From an uncultured Candidatus Actinomarina sp. (lineage in GTDB: Bacteria > Actinomycetota > Acidimicrobiia > Actinomarinales > Actinomarinaceae), in contig CACPJC010000006.1 of the NCBI GenBank assembly GCA_902634185.1, forward strand, positions 1-56,204: DNA of 56,204 bases, in the 5' to 3' direction. Made by a program: the position numbers and the translations under genes. This document shows, piece by piece, positions 26,289 through 37,269 of the stretch. The notes beneath the pieces were generated by a model. The model had not been told where the DNA came from. It made no database searches and worked only from the letters and a program-made list of their open reading frames with translations. Positions within the stretch are counted from its first letter, which is position 1, and every line of letters begins with the position of its first letter.

Positions 26289-27998
26289 ATGAAAAAGTAT
26301 TCAATATTGTTGATACTCTTTTTTACTTTTTGTTCTCAAACTTCAAGTAATGAAACGGTAGAAGAAGTAATTACCCCGACAACAGAGCTAATCATTGAAG
26401 AAACAAAAGACACTCCAGAGCTTTATGTGATGTTACTGTGGCATCAGCATCAGCCCTATTATCCTAAAGACACTGATGGAAATTTTTCAAAGCCATGGGT
26501 CCGACTTCACGCAACAAAAGATTATCTTGATATGGTTGAAATGGTACAAGATTTTGATGGACTTCGGGTTACGTTTAATTTGACACCAACATTAATGAAT
26601 CAATTAAATGAGCTTTCAAATGGTTCTAGAGATATCTATTGGGTTCATACAGAGGTTGAAGCTGACAAGCTTACAAATGAACAAAAAGATTTTCTAAGAG
26701 ACAGATTTTTTGATATTAACTCAAGAATCATTAATACATATCCTCGCTTTGTTGAACTCAGAAACCTTAGACAACATCCTCAAGACTGGACCACACAGGA
26801 CTATATTGATCTTCAAGTTCTATTTAATCTTGGATGGACTGATCCAAAATATCTATCATTAGACCCATTGAATAAAATTGTAGAAAAAGGTAGTAATTTT
26901 TCTGAAGCAGATAAAAAAATAATTCTTGAAATTCACAATGAGCTCATTGATAAAGTTATACCTGAACATCTTTATGCATATAAAAATAATCACATAGAGC
27001 TGATTACGACACCATTTGCACATCCTATTTTACCCTTAATACATAACTCAGATTTGGGAAAAAGAGGAGATACAGTATCAGATTTTCCAAATAATACTTT
27101 TAACTTTGAAGATGATGCGAAAGCCCATGTTAAGAAGGGAAAAGAAATCTTCTTTGAAAATTTTGGATTTTATCCTAATGGCATGTGGCCAGCTGAAGGT
27201 GCAGTTGCGCAGGAAGTCCTTCAATATTTCAACGATGAAGATATTTCTTGGATAGCAACTGGTCAAAATCCTTTAGAGAAATCACTAGATGTAAAAATTC
27301 AAAGATGGGTTGGGGGAGTAGCTTCTAAGCCAGAATTATTGTATAGACCCTGGAACACAGTGCTTTCTAATGGTGAAAAAATACCAATATTTTTTAGAGA
27401 TAATTATCTATCTGACAAAATGTTTGATTACTCAGAAAAAAGGTCAGACCTCTCTGTTAAAGAATTTGAAAATACGATTTTAAAATTACGTGAAAAAACT
27501 TCTGAGTTAGATTTTGTTCCAGTTGTTTCAATAATTGCTGATGGTGAAAATTTTTGGGAGAACTATCCAAATGATGGCATCGACTTTTTAAATGGAATGT
27601 ATACAGTCCTTACAAAATATAATTGGTTAGAGACTATAACTCCTAGTGATTATTTGAAAACGTATGGTGATAGTCTTGATACGATCGATGAACTTTATCC
27701 TTCATCTTGGTTTCAACCAAATTTTGCAACCTGGATTGGTGAGACTGATGAAAATCAGGCTTGGGATCTTCTTTATCAAACCAGAATAGATTTTGAAGAA
27801 GCAAAAAAATCAGGAGATTACTCTGATGAACAAATAAACCAAGCGTACGAATACATGTTGTTAGCCGAAGGCTCAGACTGGTTTTGGTGGTATGGATTAG
27901 ACCAAGACTCTACAGTTGATTATTATTTTGACCAAGCATTTAAAGATTTGTTAAGGATGGTCTACCTAAGTCTTGGTTTGGATGAACCAGGTTTCTAA
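26289..27998 (+). CDS. GH57 family glycoside hydrolase (amylopullulanase-like), probably exported or lipoprotein
   Basis: [22 protein letters not shown] (nucleophile), DGENFWE (acid/base), AEGSDWFWW; N-terminal signal ending FC. Confidence 0.92.
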   Translation: MKKYSILLILFFTFCSQTSSNETVEEVITPTTELIIEETKDTPELYVMLLWHQHQPYYPKDTDGNFSKPWVRLHATKDYLDMVEMVQDFDGLRVTFNLTPTLMNQLNELSNGSRDIYWVHTEVEADKLTNEQKDFLRDRFFDINSRIINTYPRFVELRNLRQHPQDWTTQDYIDLQVLFNLGWTDPKYLSLDPLNKIVEKGSNFSEADKKIILEIHNELIDKVIPEHLYAYKNNHIELITTPFAHPILPLIHNSDLGKRGDTVSDFPNNTFNFEDDAKAHVKKGKEIFFENFGFYPNGMWPAEGAVAQEVLQYFNDEDISWIATGQNPLEKSLDVKIQRWVGGVASKPELLYRPWNTVLSNGEKIPIFFRDNYLSDKMFDYSEKRSDLSVKEFENTILKLREKTSELDFVPVVSIIADGENFWENYPNDGIDFLNGMYTVLTKYNWLETITPSDYLKTYGDSLDTIDELYPSSWFQPNFATWIGETDENQAWDLLYQTRIDFEEAKKSGDYSDEQINQAYEYMLLAEGSDWFWWYGLDQDSTVDYYFDQAFKDLLRMVYLSLGLDEPGF

Positions 27999-28243
27999 TC
28001 CTGTAATTTCTGTTTTTTTAAAGGACTTGTTCCAGTCTCAACTTTTTCTTTATATGCTTTATCAAATGCCTTACGTTGCCACCCATCCATTCTGTTACGA
28101 CTTATTTCAATAACTTGTAATTGTTCTTCATCGTTGTATTTTGACCATTCTTTAATTTCTTTTGATGTTCTTGAACACCCGTAGCACAAATTAGTATCTG
28201 GATCAGTCACACAAACATTTATACAGGGAGAGGTAATAGCCAT
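27995..28243 (-). CDS. DUF1289 family Cys-rich small protein
   Basis: SPCINVC...CYGCSRT..EI..W. Confidence 0.88.
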   Translation of the reverse strand: MAITSPCINVCVTDPDTNLCYGCSRTSKEIKEWSKYNDEEQLQVIEISRNRMDGWQRKAFDKAYKEKVETGTSPLKKQKLQD

Positions 28244-28244
28244 C

Positions 28245-29285
28245 CTATTTACCTATCTTTTTAGCCAATATATATGCCGAATCTCTCAATGCTTTTTTTG
28301 AATTTTTCATACCTTTATTACCTAATTCAAATATATCTGTAAAGATATTCTCATCATTGTAGTCAAACTTGCCACCTAAAAAATAAGTCTTCCCCGTATG
28401 AAGTTTTAAAATCTCTCCAAGTACTTTTCCATTCATAGATGAAAAATCAAATTTTCCTTCACATAAGATCGCAATTTCAAAATCATTTATTTTGTTTAAT
28501 AGTTTTGTCTCATTTAAAAAGAATTGAGGACCTGAGATTATTTCACATCCAAGAACCTCACCCAATGCAAAACTTAAACCACCAGAGGCACCAGTTCCTT
28601 CTTTAAATGGATCCAATGAACTATCCATTTCATTAGAAAGTAAATTCAAAATTCTCTCAACATTTTTTCCCAAAAATTTAATTTCACTATTTGCCAACCC
28701 TTTTTGAGGTCCAAATACTTTAAAAGCATTGTTGTCACCAAGTAGTGGAATATTTGTATCGATTAAAACTTTTTTATTAACTTTTTTAAAACTCTCATTA
28801 ATTTTTATATTGTTTATCAATTTGAAATCTTTTGGTTTTGGATCCTCTATTACCTCTTCATTATTTAGAAAATCAATTCCCATTTTGCTAAGTAAACCTA
28901 TTCCAGCGTCATTTGTTCTAGAGCCTCCCATTGACAAAATATCTACATCCTCAATAATTTTTGATAGGCATGATGTATTTAGATCTAAAGATAAATCATT
29001 AGTGTTTTTTATACCTATGAGCTGAGAGGTTTCAATGTATATATTTTTATTTACTTTTAAAGTTTCGACAGGCAACCATTTGCCAGAAAAATCTTGTTTC
29101 ATAGACATCTTTTGTGTTTCAAAACCATATTCTTTAAATATCTCTGTTGAGTTCTCACCACCATCTGTAACTGGAAAGAATGATGATTTAATATTGTTAT
29201 ATTTAAATATCTTTTTTATCTCACCAATAACTTCATCGGATGTAAGTGTTCCAGAAAATTTATCAGCAAAAACAGCAATTCTCAT
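28245..29285 (-). CDS. glxK: Glycerate kinase (GlxK/GarK family)
   Basis: DKFSGTL, DGGE, GGSRTNDAG, FGPQKG, GASGG, EGKFD. Confidence 0.9.
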   Translation of the reverse strand: MRIAVFADKFSGTLTSDEVIGEIKKIFKYNNIKSSFFPVTDGGENSTEIFKEYGFETQKMSMKQDFSGKWLPVETLKVNKNIYIETSQLIGIKNTNDLSLDLNTSCLSKIIEDVDILSMGGSRTNDAGIGLLSKMGIDFLNNEEVIEDPKPKDFKLINNIKINESFKKVNKKVLIDTNIPLLGDNNAFKVFGPQKGLANSEIKFLGKNVERILNLLSNEMDSSLDPFKEGTGASGGLSFALGEVLGCEIISGPQFFLNETKLLNKINDFEIAILCEGKFDFSSMNGKVLGEILKLHTGKTYFLGGKFDYNDENIFTDIFELGNKGMKNSKKALRDSAYILAKKIGK

Positions 29286-29333
29286 CTTTTAAGTTTATTT
29301 ATATATAACTCTTAATAGGAATAAAATAAAATA

Positions 29334-30347
29334 ATGAATATTGGGTTTTTAACAGATGTTGATGGATACAGGGCTCCAATACACCCTGAATCTTTTGAGA
29401 AATATTCTATGGACCTGCATTTAGAAAAAAATATATTTGATTACCTTAATTATCCAGATTCTAAACAAGAAAATGTAAAGACTATTTCTAAATTAAGTGA
29501 TTTGGATGTTATCGCCTGTGTAGAAAATATTGAAAATAAAACAATTAAGGGTTTAAAGGAAGGAGCAGTCCTTATTGGCATATTTGATTTCGAAAAGATC
29601 GAAGAAATTAAAAAATTAAGACCTGATATCAAGATATTGAGTTTCTTCAAACTACCTAGAATTTCAAGAGCTCAAAATTTAGATGCTCTTTCTTCTCAAG
29701 CTAACTTGCTTGGATACGCATCAGTTTTAAGAGCTGCAAAAGAGACATCTGATGTAGTACCAATGATGACAACTGCTGCAGGAAATATTCAACCTTCCAA
29801 GGTCCTGATTTTAGGAGTTGGGGTTGCAGGCCTTCAAGCAATTGCAACTGCAAAAAGACTTGGTGCTAGAGTTTGGGCTTTCGATATTAGAAAAGAAGCC
29901 AAGGATCAAGTGGAATCTCTGGGTGCTAAATTTGTAGAAGCCAGCACTGAAGCACAAGACAGTGTTTATGCGCAAGAGGTCTCTGAAGAAGAAAATCAGA
30001 AAATTCAAGAAGCATTAAAGAAACAAGTAATTGATAGTGATATTGTTTTAACATTTGCTCAAATACCAGGAAAAAAAGCACCTGTCTTAATCGAAAAGTC
30101 AACCATTGAAAAGATGAAAAAGAATTCTGTGATTATCGATTTAGCAGCCGGTACAGGTGGAAACTGTGAAGGTACAGTGGTGAATAAAGTTGTTGAATTA
30201 AATGGTGTAAAAATAGTTGGTGAAACAGACATTCTAAATTCCGTAAAACATGCAGCTACAAAGCTTTATTCGGAGAATGTTAGAAATTTAATCGAACTAT
30301 ACATAGAGAACAGTGATGATGAGATTTTTACAGAGATGAGTTCATAA
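29334..30347 (+). CDS. pntAA: NAD(P) transhydrogenase alpha subunit part 1 (domain I)
   Basis: PRISRAQNLDALSSQ, MMTTAAG, GVGVAGLQAIATAKRLGA, GGNCE. Confidence 0.93.
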   Translation: MNIGFLTDVDGYRAPIHPESFEKYSMDLHLEKNIFDYLNYPDSKQENVKTISKLSDLDVIACVENIENKTIKGLKEGAVLIGIFDFEKIEEIKKLRPDIKILSFFKLPRISRAQNLDALSSQANLLGYASVLRAAKETSDVVPMMTTAAGNIQPSKVLILGVGVAGLQAIATAKRLGARVWAFDIRKEAKDQVESLGAKFVEASTEAQDSVYAQEVSEEENQKIQEALKKQVIDSDIVLTFAQIPGKKAPVLIEKSTIEKMKKNSVIIDLAAGTGGNCEGTVVNKVVELNGVKIVGETDILNSVKHAATKLYSENVRNLIELYIENSDDEIFTEMSS

Positions 30348-30634
30348 TGGAAGCAACTTTCTTACTTACATTGTTAATAACTTTTTTAGCAAGCTTTATT
30401 GGATACGAACTCATATCTAAAATTCCTCAGACACTACACACACCACTTATGTCTGGTTCAAATGCTATTTCTGGAATTACACTAATTGCAGCAATTCTGA
30501 TATACCCAGAAGTAAGAGAATCTCAGATACTTCAAATTATCGTTTTAATTGCAATATCATTTGCAACCCTCAATATTGTTGGAGGGTTTTCAGTAACTGG
30601 CCGAATACTAGAAATGTTTAAGAAAAATGATTGA
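30347..30634 (+). CDS. pntAB: NAD(P) transhydrogenase alpha subunit part 2
   Basis: LHTPLMSGSNAISG, NIVGGFSVTGRILEMF. Confidence 0.95.
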   Translation: MEATFLLTLLITFLASFIGYELISKIPQTLHTPLMSGSNAISGITLIAAILIYPEVRESQILQIIVLIAISFATLNIVGGFSVTGRILEMFKKND

Positions 30635-31958
30635 AATAATATTATTGATCTCTGCTGTATTGTTTATATTCGCCTTAAAGCTTTTTGGAAGACCATCAAC
30701 GGCACATAGAGCAAATTTATTTGCAATGCTAGCTATGGCATTAGCTGTATTTAGTGCCTTTAACTTTGATTTTTCAAAATATGATTCTGCTTTTTACATC
30801 ACAATTGTTATTTCAGGACTTCTTGGAGTTTTAATATCAAAACGAGTTCAAATGACACAAATGCCTGAACTTGTTGGTTTGTTTAATGGTTTTGGCGGAG
30901 GCGCTTCTGGTGCAATCGCATATGTTGAGTTATCTAATAGCTCTTTACCTTTTAATGATTATTTTGTAGCAATATTTTCAATGGTTATTGGAATGTTTAC
31001 TTTTTCAGGAAGTCTTGTTGCAGTTATGAAACTCCGTGGAAAATTAAATAACTTTAGTTCAAAATTTGCCAATATATTTTCAGTATTTCTACCTGTCATT
31101 ATCTTTATTCCAGCAGTTTTGGAAATGGACAATTTTGTAATTGAATTTATTATCCTAGTTGCACTAATTACTGGAATTATTCGAGTTGCTGTAATTGGTG
31201 GTGCAGACATGCCTGTAGTAATTGCTTTTCTCAACTCACTTTCTGGAATAGCAGCCATGTCAGCAGGATTTATAGTAAATAGTATTATCTTGATCGTAGC
31301 TGGTGCTTTGGTAGGTGCATCTGGAATAATTCTTACACTCCTCATGTGTGCTGCAATGAATCGTACACTTTTAGATGTTCTTAAAGGTGGTTTTGGTAAT
31401 ACAACGATAAATAATGAATATGAAAAAGATCCAATTAGCACCTCTCCAGAAGATGTTGCAATTCAATTAAGCTATGCAGAATCTGTAGTTATTGTTCCTG
31501 GATACGGAATGGCAGTTGCACAAGCTCAAGCAGCTGTTAAAGAATTAACAAATACTTTGAAAGATAAAAATATTGAAGTTAAGTTCGCTATACATCCAGT
31601 AGCCGGAAGAATGCCTGGGCATATGAATGTTCTTTTAGCCGAGGTAGACATTGATTATGAAGATATGTTTACTTTAGAAGATATAAATTCTGATTTTTCA
31701 TCAACGGATGTTGTGCTAGTTTTGGGAGCAAACGATGTTGTTAATCCATTGGCTAGAACTGATGAAGATTCTCCAATCTATGGAATGCCAATACTGGATG
31801 TAGACCTTGCAAGACAAGTAATTGTTATAAAAAGATCTATGTCACCTGGTTACGCAGGTATTGCAAATCCACTATTTATTAATGATAATGCAAAGATGCT
31901 CTTTACCGATGCAAAAGAAGGTTTAGAAAATATAATCAAATCTTTTGAGCTAGTGTAA
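30627..31958 (+). CDS. pntB: NAD(P) transhydrogenase beta subunit
   Basis: MTQMPEL, IGGADMPVV, HPVAGRMPGHMNVLLAE, GANDVVNP. Confidence 0.96.
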   Translation: MIEIILLISAVLFIFALKLFGRPSTAHRANLFAMLAMALAVFSAFNFDFSKYDSAFYITIVISGLLGVLISKRVQMTQMPELVGLFNGFGGGASGAIAYVELSNSSLPFNDYFVAIFSMVIGMFTFSGSLVAVMKLRGKLNNFSSKFANIFSVFLPVIIFIPAVLEMDNFVIEFIILVALITGIIRVAVIGGADMPVVIAFLNSLSGIAAMSAGFIVNSIILIVAGALVGASGIILTLLMCAAMNRTLLDVLKGGFGNTTINNEYEKDPISTSPEDVAIQLSYAESVVIVPGYGMAVAQAQAAVKELTNTLKDKNIEVKFAIHPVAGRMPGHMNVLLAEVDIDYEDMFTLEDINSDFSSTDVVLVLGANDVVNPLARTDEDSPIYGMPILDVDLARQVIVIKRSMSPGYAGIANPLFINDNAKMLFTDAKEGLENIIKSFELV

Positions 31959-31979
31959 TAAATTATAATAAATGAGATT

Positions 31980-32546
31980 GTGAAAACCCATACCAAAACA
32001 TCTAAGTTTATACACTGGACATTTTCTTTGTTATATGCCTATGGAATATTTAAACAAGTAGAAGAATTAGATCAATTGAATAATCCGTCAATACTCATGG
32101 TTGAAATTGTCTTTGCTGGAATATTTTTGGGGATTGTTTTTATTAGATATTTCTATATGAAAGATGTTGATACTTTGTTAGGTGCCAAAGTTGAAATACC
32201 AAAAGGACATTTATTCATTGCTAAAACAATCCATAGGCTTGTTTATTTAACTTTAATTTTATTGCCAACTACAGGTTTGATTATTGCTGCTTTATTTGCA
32301 TACAGTCTTCCTGGCATTAACTTTGCGGTTGCAACTCATGAATTTTCAGCATTCCTTAGTTATGCATTGATCGGCATACATATAGTTGCTTCCATTTATT
32401 CACGATTGAAAGGCGAGGGGGTATGGGACGCTATGGTTCCAATATGGAAAGAGAAAGAAAAAATAGATTCTGAAATTTTATCTAATTTAGAAACGATTGA
32501 AAATAAAGTTTATAAAAAAACAGAAGAAATCTTCAAGATAAAATAA
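31980..32546 (+). CDS. Cytochrome b561-like membrane protein
   Basis: Four TM segments with His at IHW, IHR, THE and IHI. Confidence 0.8.
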   Translation: MKTHTKTSKFIHWTFSLLYAYGIFKQVEELDQLNNPSILMVEIVFAGIFLGIVFIRYFYMKDVDTLLGAKVEIPKGHLFIAKTIHRLVYLTLILLPTTGLIIAALFAYSLPGINFAVATHEFSAFLSYALIGIHIVASIYSRLKGEGVWDAMVPIWKEKEKIDSEILSNLETIENKVYKKTEEIFKIK

Positions 32547-32547
32547 T

Positions 32548-33063
32548 TTACTTTAAAGATTTAGCAAGATTTAGTACTTCATGCATAGTATTTACAATTT
32601 CTTCTGGTTTGTAATATTTTATAAATAATATTTTCCTGGAATTTACAACAGTATCAGAAACTCTTAATCTTCTTAGAATTTTTTGTGCCTCTTCAATTTT
32701 TGAATCATTTCTTTCTATAAATAATTCTGTGAGATGCTCGTCATCACCGTCAATTTCACCTTTCCAATTTATTTTGATACCCATATCTAAGCTTTGAGGA
32801 AAAAATGCATAGAAAGAAACATACGTTGTTGAGGAACGACCATGACTTCTTGTAAAAACTTCTATTTCACATCTATATCCGTCTATCTCTCCAAATATTT
32901 TTTTCTTTCTAAAGATATTTCCTGGAATATCAATCTGGAAATTCAAAACTTCTGATGCTTTTTCCAATGCTTTATTTATTTTTTTATTTAACGTAACAAT
33001 CAACCATATAATTGGCGCTAATACAACTGTGATAACAGTTATTAGTGTGAGGGTTTCTTCCAT
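32548..33063 (-). CDS. Hypothetical membrane-anchored protein
   Basis: 171 aa, single N-terminal TM helix. Confidence 0.7.
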   Translation of the reverse strand: MEETLTLITVITVVLAPIIWLIVTLNKKINKALEKASEVLNFQIDIPGNIFRKKKIFGEIDGYRCEIEVFTRSHGRSSTTYVSFYAFFPQSLDMGIKINWKGEIDGDDEHLTELFIERNDSKIEEAQKILRRLRVSDTVVNSRKILFIKYYKPEEIVNTMHEVLNLAKSLK

Positions 33064-33068
33064 GAAAA

Positions 33069-34112
33069 TTAAATGTTTTTGAATATGTATTTATCGAATA
33101 CATTCATTTTATCTATCCAGCTATCCTTATAAAAATAATTTACTGATGCTGCAACAGAGGATAATAATGCGTTTCCATCTTGGGGAGTAAAACAATACCC
33201 TGTTAAATTGTTATTTTTTACATGTAGAGATTCCTTTGCAATAATTCCATGTGATAAAAGTCTTCCATGATAACCATGATCTCTACCAAATGAAAAAACT
33301 TTATTTGAGGAAAGTTTTTCAGTGGACATTAAAAATTCACTATTTTTTAAGTCATCTGAAATATTTTCTAGATCAATATTTTCTTCAAATGATAAATTAA
33401 ACCATAAAGTGTGCATGTATTGAGTTGGTAACTTGATTGCTGAAGAAAATAGATTTAAATCTTTTCCTTCTTGTTGAAATAATTCAAAAACATCTCTTGC
33501 ATGATGAGTTCCAAATTCCTGATTGTCATGTTTTGTAATTGTTGGAGAAGGTGAAAATGAATCATTTTGGGAAACATCATTAGCTCTTCTTAAACAGACA
33601 AAACGTCCTTCGCTAAGATTTCTCTCCTTATCTAAGGAAAATGTTTTTACTATTGATGCAATATTGTGAGTATTACAAGATGCTATTAGATATTTATTCT
33701 GTTCTTGATTCAAAGAATCATTATTTATGCCCCATGCAAAGAAAGGACCAAATCCATGTTCCGATCCCTGTGCCAAATATCGTTTATCTTTGTCTAAATT
33801 TGAATAAATTTCATCCCAGTTTTTATTGCCAGATGGAGTACAGTCAATAATTACTTGGTTTTCTTCATAACTCTTCTCTAATTGTTCAACACTGAAGCCC
33901 ATTGATACAAAATCATTTTTTGCTTCCGAAGTGGCAACAAGTTTTGCACCTTTTCTAATTAAAGCTTCTACTTTCCCTTTTTCATCTGATAGTGGAGTTC
34001 TTTTGAAAAATGAGACATTATCGATTCCTAGTTCTTTCTTATGTTGCGCAAGAAGACCAATTAGCGGCTCACCAATTGTTCCTGTACCGACGATTAATAT
34101 ATTTTTCATCAC
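33069..34112 (-). CDS. Archaeal-type (class II) glyceraldehyde-3-phosphate dehydrogenase homologue
   Basis: GTGTIG, DCTPSG, AQGSE, ASCNTH, RRAND, THHARDV, LPTQYMH correspond to class II GYGTIG, DCTP, QGGE, VSCNTT, RRxxD, SHHGPDV, VPTTLMH. Confidence 0.78.
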   Translation of the reverse strand: MMKNILIVGTGTIGEPLIGLLAQHKKELGIDNVSFFKRTPLSDEKGKVEALIRKGAKLVATSEAKNDFVSMGFSVEQLEKSYEENQVIIDCTPSGNKNWDEIYSNLDKDKRYLAQGSEHGFGPFFAWGINNDSLNQEQNKYLIASCNTHNIASIVKTFSLDKERNLSEGRFVCLRRANDVSQNDSFSPSPTITKHDNQEFGTHHARDVFELFQQEGKDLNLFSSAIKLPTQYMHTLWFNLSFEENIDLENISDDLKNSEFLMSTEKLSSNKVFSFGRDHGYHGRLLSHGIIAKESLHVKNNNLTGYCFTPQDGNALLSSVAASVNYFYKDSWIDKMNVFDKYIFKNI

Positions 34113-34139
34113 TATATTAAGATAAGAATATCAAACCTC

Positions 34140-36785
34140 ATGAATAAAAAACTCATTTACCAATTTTCTTCCACCAAAACTGAAGGTGACAAATCCATGC
34201 TGGATTTACTTGGAGGTAAAGGAGCAAATTTAGCAGAGATGTCAACCCTAGGAATTAATGTCCCGCCTGGGTTTACAGTAACAACAGAGGTTTGTAATTA
34301 TTTTATAGAGAACAAGTCTTTTCCAGATAAATTTGATAGTGAATTAGAAAAAGCATTAGCTAACTTAGAAAAAATAACAAAAAAGAAATTTAATGATGAT
34401 AAAAAGCCTCTCTTATTATCTGTTAGATCGGGAGGAAAAGTATCAATGCCAGGAATGATGGATTCTATTTTAAATATTGGAATTAATGACAAAAATGTAG
34501 ATGCTTTGGCATCTAATTTTAATGATGAAAGATTTGCGCTTGATTCATATCGTCGCTTAATTCAAATGTATGCAAATGTTGTTCTAGAAATTGATATGGA
34601 TAGGTTTGAAGCCATTATTGATAATAAAAAAAGGATCGATGGAATTGAAAAAGATAATGATTTTGATTCCGAACAATTGAGTTGGATTATTGATGCTTTT
34701 AAAACCACTGTTGAAAGATTTGCTGGAAATCCTTTTCCACAAGACCCTGTCATTCAACTCAAAGGGGCAATTGAGGCGGTATTTAAAAGCTGGCTAAACA
34801 AACGAGCTGTTGCTTATCGAAAAATTAATAATATACCCAACAATTGGGGCACTGGGACAACTATTCAATCTATGGTTTTTGGAAATTTAAATGAATCCTC
34901 AGGAACGGGTGTTGCTTTTACGAGGTTTCCGTCTACAGGAAAAAACAAATTGTACGGGGAGTATTTAATGAATGCTCAAGGAGAAGATGTTGTTGCAGGA
35001 ACAAGAACACCTTATCCTATAGGAAAACATGAAAAGAACACTCAACCCTCCCTTGAAGAAGAAAACCCAGCTCTATTTAATGAAATAAAATCTATTGGAG
35101 ATAAATTAGAAACTCACTATAAAGATGCACAAGATATTGAGTTTACAATTGAAGATGGAGAATTATTTATTCTTCAAACTAGAAATGCAAAAAGAACAGC
35201 CCAAGCAAGTGTAAAAATTGCAGTTGATATGCATAATGAAAAAATACTAAGTAAACAAGAAGCAATCAATATGATTGATGCAGATCAGATTACCTCAGTT
35301 CTCCACCCCCAGTTTGTAGACTCAGCTAGTAAAAAATTGTTTGAAAAAGGTTTAAATGCCTCACCCGGAGCTGCTGTAGGTGAAATAGTTTTTGATCCAG
35401 AAAAAGCGGAGATTGAAGCTGCAAGGGGAAAAAAAGTCATTTTAGTTAGAGATGAAACAAGTCCAGAGGATATAAGTGGAATGTTTGCATCAGTAGGAAT
35501 ATTGACAACAAAAGGTGGTATGACAAGCCATGCAGCCGTTGTTGCGAGAGGAATGGGCAAACCATGCATAGTTGGAGCAGAAAATCTGAAAATTGACAAA
35601 GTTGAAAGAAAAATATCAAATGATCAAATAACTATCGAAGAAGGTGATTTAATTTCATTAGACGGATCTACTGGTGAGATTTTTCTTGGGGAAGTTGAGT
35701 TAGAGTCTCCTAAATTAACGGACGAATTCAATATTTTGATGGCATGGTGTGATGATTTTAAAAAACTTTCAATTAGAGCAAATGCAGAAACAATAAATGA
35801 CACAACCAAGTCTTTAGAGTTTGGTGCTGATGGAATTGGTTTATGCAGAACAGAACATATGTTTTTTGAGGGTGGAAGAATACTACCTATGAGAGAGATG
35901 ATTATGGCAAACAATAAGCAAGGTAGAAAGAGAGCATTAAATAAAATTATTGATTTTCAAATAAATGATTTTGTTGAAATATTTAAGCTTTTAAAAGATA
36001 AACCTATAACTGTTCGGCTACTTGATCCACCAATGCATGAATTTTTACCAAAAAGTGATATTGAAATTTCTGAGTTAGCTAATTCTTTGAGAGTTTCACC
36101 AGCATATGTTTCAGAAGTTTTATCGAGGATTAGTGAAAGTAACCCAATGTTGGGTCATCGAGGTGTACGTTTAGGTTTAAGCTATCCAGAAATCTATAAG
36201 ATGCAAGTTGAGGCAATTTTTAAAGCTAGTTATGAAATTCATCAAAAAGAAAAGATCACAATCAAACCTGAAATAATGATTCCTTTAATAATGAATGCAA
36301 GTGAATTTACAAAAATGAAAAAAATTATAACCAAAAAAATTGAAAGCTTGAAGAAAGAATTAGACTTCAATTTTGAATATTTCATAGGAACTATGATTGA
36401 GTTACCAAGTGCTGCCCTGAATTCATCAGAAATTGGAGAACACGCAGATTTTTTTTCATATGGAACAAATGATTTAACTCAAACAACTCTCGGTTTATCA
36501 AGGGATGACGCATCTAAATTTTTAAACGAATATGTAGAAAAAAATATTTTTGACGTTGATCCTTTTATTACAATTGATGAAAATACTGTGGGAAATTTAG
36601 TCGCTTCATCTGTAGTAGCTGGAAAAAAAGTAAATAAAGATATCAAAATAGGTGTTTGTGGTGAACATGCGGGAGATCCAAAATCAATCAAATTTCTCAA
36701 TACATTGGATATTGATTATATTTCTTGTTCACCTTTTAGAATTCCAACTGCAAGATTAGCTGCTGCACAAGCAGAAATATCTTAA
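34140..36785 (+). CDS. ppdK: Pyruvate, phosphate dikinase
   Basis: LGGKGANLAEM, SMPGMMD, NAQGEDVVAG, GGMTSHAAVVARG, GLCRTEHMF, CGEH. Confidence 0.97.
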   Translation: MNKKLIYQFSSTKTEGDKSMLDLLGGKGANLAEMSTLGINVPPGFTVTTEVCNYFIENKSFPDKFDSELEKALANLEKITKKKFNDDKKPLLLSVRSGGKVSMPGMMDSILNIGINDKNVDALASNFNDERFALDSYRRLIQMYANVVLEIDMDRFEAIIDNKKRIDGIEKDNDFDSEQLSWIIDAFKTTVERFAGNPFPQDPVIQLKGAIEAVFKSWLNKRAVAYRKINNIPNNWGTGTTIQSMVFGNLNESSGTGVAFTRFPSTGKNKLYGEYLMNAQGEDVVAGTRTPYPIGKHEKNTQPSLEEENPALFNEIKSIGDKLETHYKDAQDIEFTIEDGELFILQTRNAKRTAQASVKIAVDMHNEKILSKQEAINMIDADQITSVLHPQFVDSASKKLFEKGLNASPGAAVGEIVFDPEKAEIEAARGKKVILVRDETSPEDISGMFASVGILTTKGGMTSHAAVVARGMGKPCIVGAENLKIDKVERKISNDQITIEEGDLISLDGSTGEIFLGEVELESPKLTDEFNILMAWCDDFKKLSIRANAETINDTTKSLEFGADGIGLCRTEHMFFEGGRILPMREMIMANNKQGRKRALNKIIDFQINDFVEIFKLLKDKPITVRLLDPPMHEFLPKSDIEISELANSLRVSPAYVSEVLSRISESNPMLGHRGVRLGLSYPEIYKMQVEAIFKASYEIHQKEKITIKPEIMIPLIMNASEFTKMKKIITKKIESLKKELDFNFEYFIGTMIELPSAALNSSEIGEHADFFSYGTNDLTQTTLGLSRDDASKFLNEYVEKNIFDVDPFITIDENTVGNLVASSVVAGKKVNKDIKIGVCGEHAGDPKSIKFLNTLDIDYISCSPFRIPTARLAAAQAEIS

Positions 36786-36831
36786 ACTTAATTGATTACA
36801 AAGATGATTATCTTTAGATATAATTGCATTT

Positions 36832-37227
36832 ATGAGTTATAAAATTATAAATAGAGTTGATCCAACTCTTTATTTGATACTATCTATTGTTGGATTTGTT
36901 ATTCCGGAGCAAATTTATAAATTGTTTCTTTTGAATCCTGATGCAGTTTTATCATCTACTGAGGCAACTATTGTCCGAGCCAATGGTGTTGGAGTTATAT
37001 TTGCAGCACTTTTAATTTTTTTGCTTGGTGGGGAAGAGGAAAATGCAAAACAAATTAATAGCGTTCGTTATGTTGGAGGGTTACTTTTGATAGGATTTGC
37101 TGTGTTTACAAACTTTAATGGATTTTTAATTTTTGGTGTTACAGAAATTGCGCTTGCTCTGTACACAGGAAGACAATTAAGACCATCGTCTGGCAGTGAG
37201 AGTTACACCCCAAACGTCGAAGATTAA
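36832..37227 (+). CDS. Hypothetical membrane protein
   Basis: 131 aa, 3-4 TM segments, TATAAT 7 nt upstream. Confidence 0.75.
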   Translation: MSYKIINRVDPTLYLILSIVGFVIPEQIYKLFLLNPDAVLSSTEATIVRANGVGVIFAALLIFLLGGEEENAKQINSVRYVGGLLLIGFAVFTNFNGFLIFGVTEIALALYTGRQLRPSSGSESYTPNVED

Positions 37228-37269
37228 AAAATTTATTTCAAGTAATTTAGCAATCATTAACATTAACTT

